From a virus: 64,000 nucleotides of DNA. The stretch is taken from IMG/VR virus record IMGVR_UViG_3300028025_003904, positions 32,001 through 96,000 of that record; one strand, given 5' to 3'. Of the stretch, positions 1 to 6,402 are shown piece after piece. How positions within the stretch are numbered: position 1 is the stretch's first letter; each line of letters begins with the position of its first letter. The position numbers and the translations under genes were made by a program. The notes beneath the pieces are model-generated. The model was not told the DNA's origin and ran no database searches. It worked only from the letters and a program-made list of their open reading frames with translations.

Positions 1-24
1 GCTGACCATTAACACTATAAACAA
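1..24 (-). tRNA. 5' part of a tRNA truncated by the window edge (identity unknown)
   Basis: Minus strand reads GTTTATAGTGTTAATGGTCAGC, an acceptor 5' strand plus D-arm, directly after tRNA-Cys; anticodon lies outside the window. Confidence 0.55.
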
Positions 25-26
25 CG

Positions 27-99
27 AGGTGAATATTGGATTCGAACCAATGTAAAAGGTTTTGCAGACCTCTACCTAAACCAACTCGGTCAATTCACC
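27..99 (-). tRNA. tRNA-Cys(GCA)
   Basis: Cloverleaf; anticodon loop CT-GCA-AA; GTTCGAAT T-loop; U73 discriminator. Confidence 0.93.
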
Positions 100-105
100 A
101 TTATG

Positions 106-177
106 TAGTTCCATAGAGACTCGAACTCCAACTTTGACATCCGTAGTGTCAGGTGCTATCCATTACACCATAGAACT
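106..177 (-). tRNA. tRNA-Arg(ACG)
   Basis: Anticodon arm TGACA-CTACGGA-TGTCA; TTCGAG T-loop. Confidence 0.92.
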
Positions 178-182
178 ATTAG

Positions 183-253
183 CACGTCCTAAAGGATTCG
201 AACCTCTATCATCGCTTTTGGAGAGCGGTATGCTACCATTACACCAAGGACAT
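183..253 (-). tRNA. tRNA-Trp(CCA)
   Basis: Anticodon arm CCGCT-CTCCAAA-AGCGA; G73 discriminator. Confidence 0.92.
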
Positions 254-323
254 GTATTTATTTCCAAAGTAAAAAATTACCTTCAAAAAATTTTCCAACC
301 TTTATCTAAAAGTTGAAAAAGTG

Positions 324-397
324 TAGAGAAAATAGGACTCGAACCTATAACCCCCGACGTATCAGGTCGGTGCTCTAACCAATTGAGCTATATCTCT
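324..397 (-). tRNA. tRNA-Ile(GAT)
   Basis: Anticodon arm CCGAC-CTGATAC-GTCGG; TAGCTCAATTGGTTAGAGC D-arm. Confidence 0.93.
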
Positions 398-400
398 GTG

Positions 401-473
401 TAGGGTGAGCGAGACTCGAACTCACATCCTCTTGCTCCCAAAGCAAGTAATCTAACCATTGATATACCACCCT
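401..473 (-). tRNA. tRNA-Pro(TGG)
   Basis: Anticodon arm CTTGC-TTTGGGA-GCAAG; TTCGAG T-loop. Confidence 0.9.
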
Positions 474-479
474 ATATTG

Positions 480-552
480 TGAACCCGTTGGGAATCGAAC
501 CCAAAACCCCTACATTAAAAGTGTAGTGCTCTACCAATTGAGCTACGAGTTC
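480..552 (-). tRNA. tRNA-Lys(TTT)
   Basis: Anticodon arm CTACA-CTTTTAA-TGTAG; canonical D and T arms. Confidence 0.93.
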
Positions 553-554
553 AT

Positions 555-631
555 TGGTGGAGCAGACAGGTATCGAACCTGTTCCTCTGGATTTTCAGTC
601 CAGCGCAATGAACCTCATCTGCCACTGCTCC
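555..631 (-). tRNA. tRNA-Phe(GAA), CCA encoded
   Basis: Anticodon arm CTGGA-CTGAAAA-TCCAG; acceptor GGAGCAG/CTGCTCC followed by ACCA. Confidence 0.92.
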
Positions 632-671
632 TTTAAATCCGATTTTGATATGTAGCATCGGGAACTACCTG

Positions 672-745
672 TGTCCATAGTAGGATTCGAACCTACACAA
701 TCTGGTTTCTAAAACCAGCACGGTTGCCAATTACGTCATACGGAC
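672..745 (-). tRNA. tRNA-Leu(TAG) with short variable loop
   Basis: Anticodon arm CTGGT-TTTAGAA-ACCAG; only ~5 nt (ATTGT) before T-arm GTAGG-TTCGAAT-CCTAC; A73. Confidence 0.85.
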
Positions 746-753
746 TTCTATTG

Positions 754-826
754 TAGTGAGTGAGGGACTTGAACCCCCAACATCCGCCATGTAAAGACGG
801 CGCTCTGCCAATTGAGCTAACCCACT
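754..826 (-). tRNA. tRNA-Val(TAC)
   Basis: Anticodon arm CCGTC-TTTACAT-GGCGG; TTCAAGT T-loop. Confidence 0.9.
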
Positions 827-837
827 ATTTCACCATT

Positions 838-850
838 ATGTCAAAGAACT
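838..850 (-). promoter_or_regulatory. boxA-like antitermination element within the tRNA array
   Basis: Minus strand AGTTCTTTGACAT resembles rrn boxA; similar elements at 2041-2053 and 3568-3581. Confidence 0.5.
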
Positions 851-858
851 TATTCTTG

Positions 859-930
859 CGTTGATGGTAGGATTCGAACCTACGACCAATAGATTAACAG
901 TCTACTGCGCTACCACTGCGCCACATCAAC
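859..930 (-). tRNA. tRNA-Asn(GTT), first tRNA of the array
   Basis: Anticodon arm TAGA-CTGTTAA-TCTA; GTAGG-TTCGAAT-CCTAC T-arm; G73. Confidence 0.93.
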
Positions 931-944
931 TTATTTTTAAACAT

Positions 945-976
945 AAAAAAACCCCTAACTTTTTGGGTCAGGGGTT
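945..976 (-). terminator. Intrinsic terminator (attenuator) immediately upstream of the tRNA array
   Basis: Minus strand AACCCCTGACCC-AAAA-AGTTAGGGG-TTTTTTT: GC-rich hairpin plus U7 tract. Confidence 0.85.
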
Positions 977-1003
977 GTTTTAATTTAAGTATGTAGTTTG
1001 GTT

Positions 1004-1147
1004 TTATCCCAAGTCTACATCGTTTAATATTGTTGCCCCTAACTGATTTTTAATTCCTTTCGAACTAAAATCACACACGCGATTGCCTGCCCACATCAAA
1101 TTTGATGTCGGTTGATAAGCTATCGTATGTAGGTTAAGAGTTTTCAT
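1004..1147 (-). CDS. 47-aa putative attenuator leader peptide MKTLNLHTIAYQPTSNLMWAGNRVCDFSSKGIKNQLGATILNDVDLG
   Basis: ATG at 1147 after an A-rich leader (AAATAAAGAA), TAA at 1006-1004; very high codon diversity; contains a copy of the terminator 3' arm. Below the ORF-track length cutoff. Confidence 0.75.
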   Translation of the reverse strand: MKTLNLHTIAYQPTSNLMWAGNRVCDFSSKGIKNQLGATILNDVDLG

Positions 1148-1195
1148 TTCTTTATTTATAATAATATATATGTAATTTTTTTATTTTAAGTTAAA

Positions 1196-2040
1196 AAGAT
1201 ACGGATGAGAATACTCACGTATGCGAACCGGCTTTCGTTGGATTATTGTTTCCCAACTTTTCCACTACCTTTTGGGTAGTACCGATTCAATGCGGGTTAG
1301 TTAAGCCAACCACTCATAAAGTTACAAACTACTCTCTCTTTACTCCGCTTCTTCTACTCTGCCGAACAGATTCACACTTGCGGTGTTAGAAGTTTTTCGA
1401 AAGAATCACAGACCTCTTGCGGAGGTATCGTGGCAAGGAACAACTCCCTACTATGTACGCACCTTTCGTTTGCAACTGACGAACACTTTTGCTCTTTTTG
1501 TTTATAGTTTGCACTAACCGGCAAATTGAGTTTGGTTTGTAGATGGTTTCAAGTAGTGGTTCGCCAACCTGCTCCGTTATCTTTTGAACAACAGAATACT
1601 GAACTACTCGATGTGTTATCCCTAACACCATACTTTAAGTTTGCTTCATAACTCCTACCTTGGTAGGTGAAGAGTAAGGATAATAACGACACCACTCGTA
1701 CTTTATCTTACCTTTCGGTTTTAAGTAAACTCTGATATTGAATCACGCAATTGTTGAAAGGGATTAAGTTTCAGTTTCTCGCAATAACTCTATGGATTAT
1801 TCTTATTGGTGTTCCCACCTCAACTGAACTATCTACTTTAGCCCAGTCATTTCACCACCCTCTTTACAGTGTTACCCTCAATACTAAAGGTGAAATGATA
1901 TTCCACTTGCCTACTCAAGCTCCTTTCGAAGCCGCAAATCACTTAAACCAAATGATTCACTTTATCCTACTTTCGTAGTTTATTTCACGACCATAGGCGG
2001 CCGATGTACACTATGTAGAACTCGTCTACTATGTGCTTAT
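1196..2040 (-). ncRNA. Large structured ncRNA, GOLLD-like (~840 nt; ends approximate)
   Basis: No credible ORF, higher GC than flanks, many minus-strand GNRA hairpins (1373-1385, 1412-1426, 1710-1719, 1919-1932, 1967-1978), upstream promoter and boxA-like site, next to phage tRNAs. Confidence 0.65.
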
Positions 2041-2110
2041 ATTTTAAAGAACATTTTTAATTTGATTAACCGAGTATCTTTCATCACCTATTGGTCTCAA
2101 ATCTATAATA

Positions 2111-2142
2111 CAAATATACGAAACTTTTTTCATATATCCAAA
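2111..2142 (-). promoter_or_regulatory. Bacteroidetes sigmaA-type promoter (TTTG-N20-TATATTTG) for the large ncRNA
   Basis: Matches the -33 TTTG / -7 TAnnTTTG consensus; near-identical copies at 2351, 2965, 3103 and 3585. Confidence 0.8.
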
Positions 2143-2164
2143 AACTTTTTAACTTTTTTTTAAG

Positions 2165-2340
2165 ATTGGTTGTCTCCGGCTTTTTAGCTTACCACTTATG
2201 GTTGGGCTTCACACATTCGGTTTTATTAGATGTTGGCTTCAACAACCATTCTTAAATATTGGATGAGTAGTGGGATGGTATTTCTACCTCTCGGGTCCTC
2301 TTAACACCGGACTTCTCCACACCGGCATACTAACCTCATT
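2165..2340 (-). ncRNA. Small structured RNA(s) of unknown family with own promoter
   Basis: Two closed domains on the minus strand: TGAG-GT-TAGT...ACTACTCA (2264-2338) and TGGTTGT...ACAACCA (2167-2249); promoter at 2351-2381; no credible ORF seen. Confidence 0.5.
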
Positions 2341-2350
2341 TTCAACATTA

Positions 2351-2381
2351 CAAATATACGAAACTTTTTTCATATATCAAA
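2351..2381 (-). promoter_or_regulatory. Bacteroidetes sigmaA-type promoter
   Basis: TTTG-N19-TATATTTG. Confidence 0.75.
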
Positions 2382-2398
2382 GTCTTTTTAACTTTTTT

Positions 2399-2944
2399 TT
2401 ACAAATTTCTTTTTGATATTTGAAAGTTAAACGATACCGTCATTCTTTCTGTATCAGCTGGTTCAACATAATGTGATAGTGTAGATGGAAAAAATAATAA
2501 TCTACCTTTAACTGATGGTATTTTATGTTTTCTCCCCTCTTTACAGAATACAGTATTAGATGTTGAATCCGATAGATACCATATACCAGAAATTAAATCG
2601 TTACCATGTGAGTGATACTCTTGATACTTTCCGTCTTTATAGTAATTCCACCATATCTCATAATCATATCTAAACTTTTCACCAAAATTATACGTTTTTA
2701 TATAAAATGGATGCAATTGAACAATACTCGTTACGTGTTCTATAATCTCATTTACATATGGTGTACCATATAACAAATCACTATTATGATTAAACGATGA
2801 AAAAGCACCACCATCCCAACTTTTTGGAGATGTATATTTTTCTGGCTCATTTTTTATTTCTTTTTTAATACCTTCAATCAATTCATCCGGTACTTCCAAA
2901 TGTGTATCGAATAAAGTAATTGGAAATATATTAAATTCGTTCAT
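2399..2944 (-). CDS. Putative 2OG-Fe(II) oxygenase (TIGR02466-like)
   Basis: YQEYHSH...SGIWY...LLFFPSTLSHYV...ERMTVSFN metal/2OG motifs. Confidence 0.85.
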   Translation of the reverse strand: MNEFNIFPITLFDTHLEVPDELIEGIKKEIKNEPEKYTSPKSWDGGAFSSFNHNSDLLYGTPYVNEIIEHVTSIVQLHPFYIKTYNFGEKFRYDYEIWWNYYKDGKYQEYHSHGNDLISGIWYLSDSTSNTVFCKEGRKHKIPSVKGRLLFFPSTLSHYVEPADTERMTVSFNFQISKRNL

Positions 2945-2962
2945 CTACTATCAAAATGTTTT

Positions 2963-3154
2963 TACAAATATACGAAACTTTTTTCATATATCCAAATGAT
3001 TTCTCATTTATTTTTGGTTGCGGGAGACAGAATCGAACTATCGTAGACCTGGCTTATGAGACCGGTGGGAAACCAACATCCTCCCCGCGATTTATTATGA
3101 TACAAATATACGAAACTTTTTTCATATATCCAAATGATTTCTCATTTATTTTTT
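2963..3154 (-). repeat. ~52-bp direct repeat (2963-3014 and 3101-3152) carrying the promoter, flanking tRNA-Met
   Basis: tacaaatatacgaaactttttcatatatccaaatgatttctcatttatttt-like sequence occurs twice essentially identically; shorter copies at 2109, 2349 and 3583. Confidence 0.85.
3015..3089 (-). tRNA. tRNA-Met(CAT), initiator-type, CCA encoded
   Basis: 5' CGCGGGG with C1:A72 mismatch; loop CT-CAT-AA; ends ACCA. Confidence 0.85.
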
Positions 3155-3155
3155 G

Positions 3156-3565
3156 TGGAGATGCAGGGATTCGAACCCTGGTCCAGATAAGTTTCTAATG
3201 TAAATCGTTCACAAGTTTATTCAATTTTTCTAAACTGAAAAAATATAGAGTTTCTATTTTGCCATTATCACTCTCAACTGTGGAAGATTCACTTTAGTAG
3301 GTAGAACCTCAAACGAGACCTTATTCCTTTTTGGGTAGAAATCACACCTGGGTTCACATTCTTTTTTACCTCATGATGTGTACGAGGAAGATTAGGCAGC
3401 TACTGCGTAATCGAATGAGTTCATCCATGCCATAGCATCTTCGAACGTCATTGTAGATAATTCTACGTTTGCACTTATTGTTTGATAGGTCTTCAAAGGT
3501 TTCCATCTAACCTTACTTGCATCAATACAACCAGTCTTCATATCTGTCAAAAGCCGGTCATCCCC
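3156..3565 (-). ncRNA. ssrA: tmRNA; tag ANVELSTMTFEDAMAWMNSFDYAVAA* at 3392-3472
   Basis: 5' GGGGATGACCGGCTTTTGAC and 3' GGACCAGGGTTCGAATCCCTGCATCTCCA with G3:U70; tag ORF ending YAVAA; promoter at 3585-3616. Confidence 0.93.
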
Positions 3566-3634
3566 ATATTTCAAATAACGTTTACAAATATACGAAACTT
3601 TTTTCGTAATTCCAAATAATATATATCTTTTTTT

Positions 3635-4171
3635 TTATTTTACGTTCCGTTTTGATAATTGAAAATTAAACGCTACTGTCATTCTTTCATCATCCGATGG
3701 TTCTACATAATGTGGTAGGTAAGATGGGAAGAAAACTATTTTACCTTTCGTTGGTAAAACTTTGTGTTTAAGACCCCTATCACAAAATACAGTATGTGCA
3801 TTTGAATCATTCAAATACCAAACTCCAGAAAGTATATTGTTAGCATGACTATGGTATTCTTGATACTTTCCTGCGGTATAATAATTCCACCACATATTAT
3901 ATTCATAAATAAAATTATCACCAAATCCATTGTAAGGTGGTGTAGTTTTAACTATTTCTATAACATTATTTATTATTTGATTGTGCTCTTTAGTACCATA
4001 TAATAGTTTGCTTTCATAATTAAAAGATGAATATACACCACCATCCCAATCAATTGGAGTATCATATTTAGTATCATCTTTTATATCTTCTCTAATACCA
4101 TCAGTTAAAGAATCTGGAACTTCTATATAATTCTCAAATATTCTTATTGGAAAAATATCAATACTTTGCAT
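3635..4171 (-). CDS. Putative 2OG-Fe(II) oxygenase, close paralog of 2399-2944
   Basis: WWNYY..GKYQEYHSH...FFPSYLPHYV...ERMTVAFNFQ. Confidence 0.85.
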   Translation of the reverse strand: MQSIDIFPIRIFENYIEVPDSLTDGIREDIKDDTKYDTPIDWDGGVYSSFNYESKLLYGTKEHNQIINNVIEIVKTTPPYNGFGDNFIYEYNMWWNYYTAGKYQEYHSHANNILSGVWYLNDSNAHTVFCDRGLKHKVLPTKGKIVFFPSYLPHYVEPSDDERMTVAFNFQLSKRNVK

Positions 4172-4201
4172 ATTTAATCTTCAAAGTTTAGTATATCTTT
4201 T

Positions 4202-4762
4202 TTAAAAATCGTATAAACCAGCAACTGATTTAATATTACAATCTGAATTAAATGATATAATTGTTTTTACTATATTACTTTCTACGTTTGGTGCTCTATG
4301 TAATATAAAACTTGGGAACGTTAAAACATCTCCTTCTTTTACATCCAGCTCAATAATTTCTTTTTGATTCATTGGATTTAACAATTGAGTTTTTGGTGCT
4401 CCTTCTGGTAAATCTACATAATATACATTGGTAAATTGACAACCTAAATGGACATGCCACCCATGCTCTGAACCTTTTCTGTATTGTTGAAACCAAATAT
4501 TCCGTATAGTGATTTCATTGTATCCCATTTCTAAAAATCGCTTTTCCATTAGTTCAACTATTGGAGGCATTGCTATTTTTAAATAATGTCTTTCAACATC
4601 CCTATTTACATCCCAATCGGTTCTAGTTATATCTGTGTAATCTTTTGGATACGAATAGCGAGTTGCTTCTGCATCGTTTATTAAATCTAAAACATCTTCC
4701 TTTATTAAATCATGCTCCGATAGTTTGGAAATGATATATGGACATTCAATCCCTTTAATCAT
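4202..4762 (-). CDS. Putative 2OG-Fe(II) oxygenase
   Basis: WFQQY...HGWHVH...EGDVLTFPSFILHRA...KTIISFN. Confidence 0.82.
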   Translation of the reverse strand: MIKGIECPYIISKLSEHDLIKEDVLDLINDAEATRYSYPKDYTDITRTDWDVNRDVERHYLKIAMPPIVELMEKRFLEMGYNEITIRNIWFQQYRKGSEHGWHVHLGCQFTNVYYVDLPEGAPKTQLLNPMNQKEIIELDVKEGDVLTFPSFILHRAPNVESNIVKTIISFNSDCNIKSVAGLYDF

Positions 4763-4765
4763 AAT

Positions 4766-5371
4766 TTAATTTTCAAAATTTAAAATAACATTACCCGCTG
4801 CTACTATTCTTTCTTTTGTAGAAAATCTAGATAAAGATGGTAAATGTTCTAAATTTGCATCGAATGCGTATATATAACCTTCTTCTGGAAAAAATGAATG
4901 TGTTATTCTAGGGTCCTTATCATCTTTAAAAAATAACTTCCCCTCTGCTCCAGTACAATTATCGGGTACTTGCAGATAATATACCCAAGTCCAATCTGTA
5001 AATGTATCGGAATCTGTTGGATGAAATTTTAAATGATTGTGATAGTGTGCTTGTTTTAATTCAGGCACTGCTATGTATATCCAAGTTCTTTGGTATCCAC
5101 TTAAATACTTTTCATTGTTTAGTTCCGTAAAAAAATCTCTTACTTTATTATAACATAAAGAAAACATATTACGGGTTTCATCACCACATAGAGTTTGTCC
5201 ATCCATTTGTAAACCAGGTGCTCTCATACGAGTATCGTTAAATCTCTTATCTGGCATCCACAAGTCTCTATCAATCTGTATTTCTTTAATAACTTTTTGA
5301 TTATCAATACCACTCATAGGTATTTTGTAAATCTTATGGTTTAAAAAACCAATTTCTTCATAACTAATCAT
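4766..5371 (-). CDS. Putative 2OG-Fe(II) oxygenase
   Basis: HYHNH...WVYYLQVP...PEEG...FDANLEH...RIVAAGN. Confidence 0.75.
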   Translation of the reverse strand: MISYEEIGFLNHKIYKIPMSGIDNQKVIKEIQIDRDLWMPDKRFNDTRMRAPGLQMDGQTLCGDETRNMFSLCYNKVRDFFTELNNEKYLSGYQRTWIYIAVPELKQAHYHNHLKFHPTDSDTFTDWTWVYYLQVPDNCTGAEGKLFFKDDKDPRITHSFFPEEGYIYAFDANLEHLPSLSRFSTKERIVAAGNVILNFEN

Positions 5372-5385
5372 AACTTATTATTCTC

Positions 5386-6186
5386 CTATTTCATATTTTT
5401 TAATGCTCTTGCAGTTGCTATCCATTTTTTAGCAATTGGATTTGTTATTGGTTGTGCTAAAAATCTAGCTGCTGCTTTTGTTACATCACCATGCTTAACA
5501 CCCACTACCGAATTATCTACAATTGAGAATTTGTATCCACCAAATAATCTTTGGAACTTACCCATGTTCTCTTGACATGCTTTCCAACTCTTTACCAATA
5601 ACTCTTCTGGTACTACTCTACTTCTTTGTAGGTTTCTTTCTTTTGCTACCTCCAATGATGTGTTTACAAACACCATATAACAATCATATCCTAACTCTTC
5701 AGCGTGTCCTTTTTGTTTAGCAATCTTATCGTACTCATGTCCAGTACCATCAATAATCATACCCAATCTACCGGCTTCGTAAAAATCTTTTAATTGCTTT
5801 GTTATTACCTTCGCCTTATTACGAATTGAATCAGATGATTTACCTTGTATTTTATCCCATAATTGTGGGTCTTCTTTTTCAATTTTTGCTAAATCCTTTG
5901 GGTCTATACCATTCTTTTTTAAACCAGCTTCAAATGCCGAATCTGAATTTACAACTTTCAAACCAGATGGTGCAAACTTTGTATAATCAACTACTCCAAA
6001 TATTTCTTTTGACATAAATCCTTTACCACTACCAGGTCCACCTGCTAAAAATATACACTTAAAGATACCGGGGTCATCAACACCCTCTGCAATCATTTGC
6101 TCTTGCAACTTTTGCTTTGTTCTTTGTAAGTATATACTTAACGTAGATAGTTCATCTACTGCTTCGTTCAATAAATGTTTGGACAT
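5386..6186 (-). CDS. Zeta-toxin-like P-loop kinase
   Basis: AGGPGSGKG Walker A, VNSD, IIDGTG and ERN..R.R lid motifs. Confidence 0.75.
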   Translation of the reverse strand: MSKHLLNEAVDELSTLSIYLQRTKQKLQEQMIAEGVDDPGIFKCIFLAGGPGSGKGFMSKEIFGVVDYTKFAPSGLKVVNSDSAFEAGLKKNGIDPKDLAKIEKEDPQLWDKIQGKSSDSIRNKAKVITKQLKDFYEAGRLGMIIDGTGHEYDKIAKQKGHAEELGYDCYMVFVNTSLEVAKERNLQRSRVVPEELLVKSWKACQENMGKFQRLFGGYKFSIVDNSVVGVKHGDVTKAAARFLAQPITNPIAKKWIATARALKNMK

Positions 6187-6225
6187 AGTTTTAATTAGTT
6201 TATATAGTATAAATATATATTTTTA

Positions 6226-6399
6226 TTAAATATGTGTCCAAATTTCTCTTTTAACTATCTTACGAATGTTAGTTGTAGATACTCCGTTGTTAGATGCTAT
6301 AACTTTTAAATTACGATGTCCCATCTTCCACAATGCTCTTATCATTTCCACTTGTCCATCTGTTAGTTTGTGGTTTGGATGTTGTTCGCCTTTTAACAT
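6226..6399 (-). CDS. 57-aa small DNA-binding protein resembling the C-terminal helix-turn-helix of phage HNH endonucleases
   Basis: Translated by hand: MLKGEQHPNHKLTDGQVEMIRALWKMGHRNFKVIASNNGVSTTNIRKIVKREIWTHI; fills the gap between neighbours; not in ORF track. Confidence 0.7.
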   Translation of the reverse strand: MLKGEQHPNHKLTDGQVEMIRALWKMGHRNLKVIASNNGVSTTNIRKIVKREIWTHI

Positions 6400-6402
6400 T
6401 TA

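Noticed and set aside
289-319. AT-rich hairpin between tRNA-Ile and tRNA-Trp as a second attenuator
   Set aside because: Weak stem with no leader ORF or competing arm; more likely a processing spacer.
702-718. Amber suppressor tRNA (plus strand shows TT-CTA-AA in a stem-loop)
   Set aside because: Arm order places the gene on the minus strand, where the anticodon is TAG (Leu).
2165-2340. Minimal RNase P RNA (GGAGAAGTCCGG resembles GAGGAAAGUCCGG)
   Set aside because: The complementary 3' P4 strand and conserved ACAGAA motif are missing, and the region is too short.
134-3574. ORF-track calls 134-316, 1386-1631, 1751-1978, 2956-3198 and 3392-3574
   Set aside because: They overlap tRNAs, the large ncRNA, promoter repeats or tmRNA; only the tag part of 3392-3574 is likely translated.
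2109-3616. CRISPR array
   Set aside because: The repeats are promoters separated by whole genes of irregular length; no cas genes are present.
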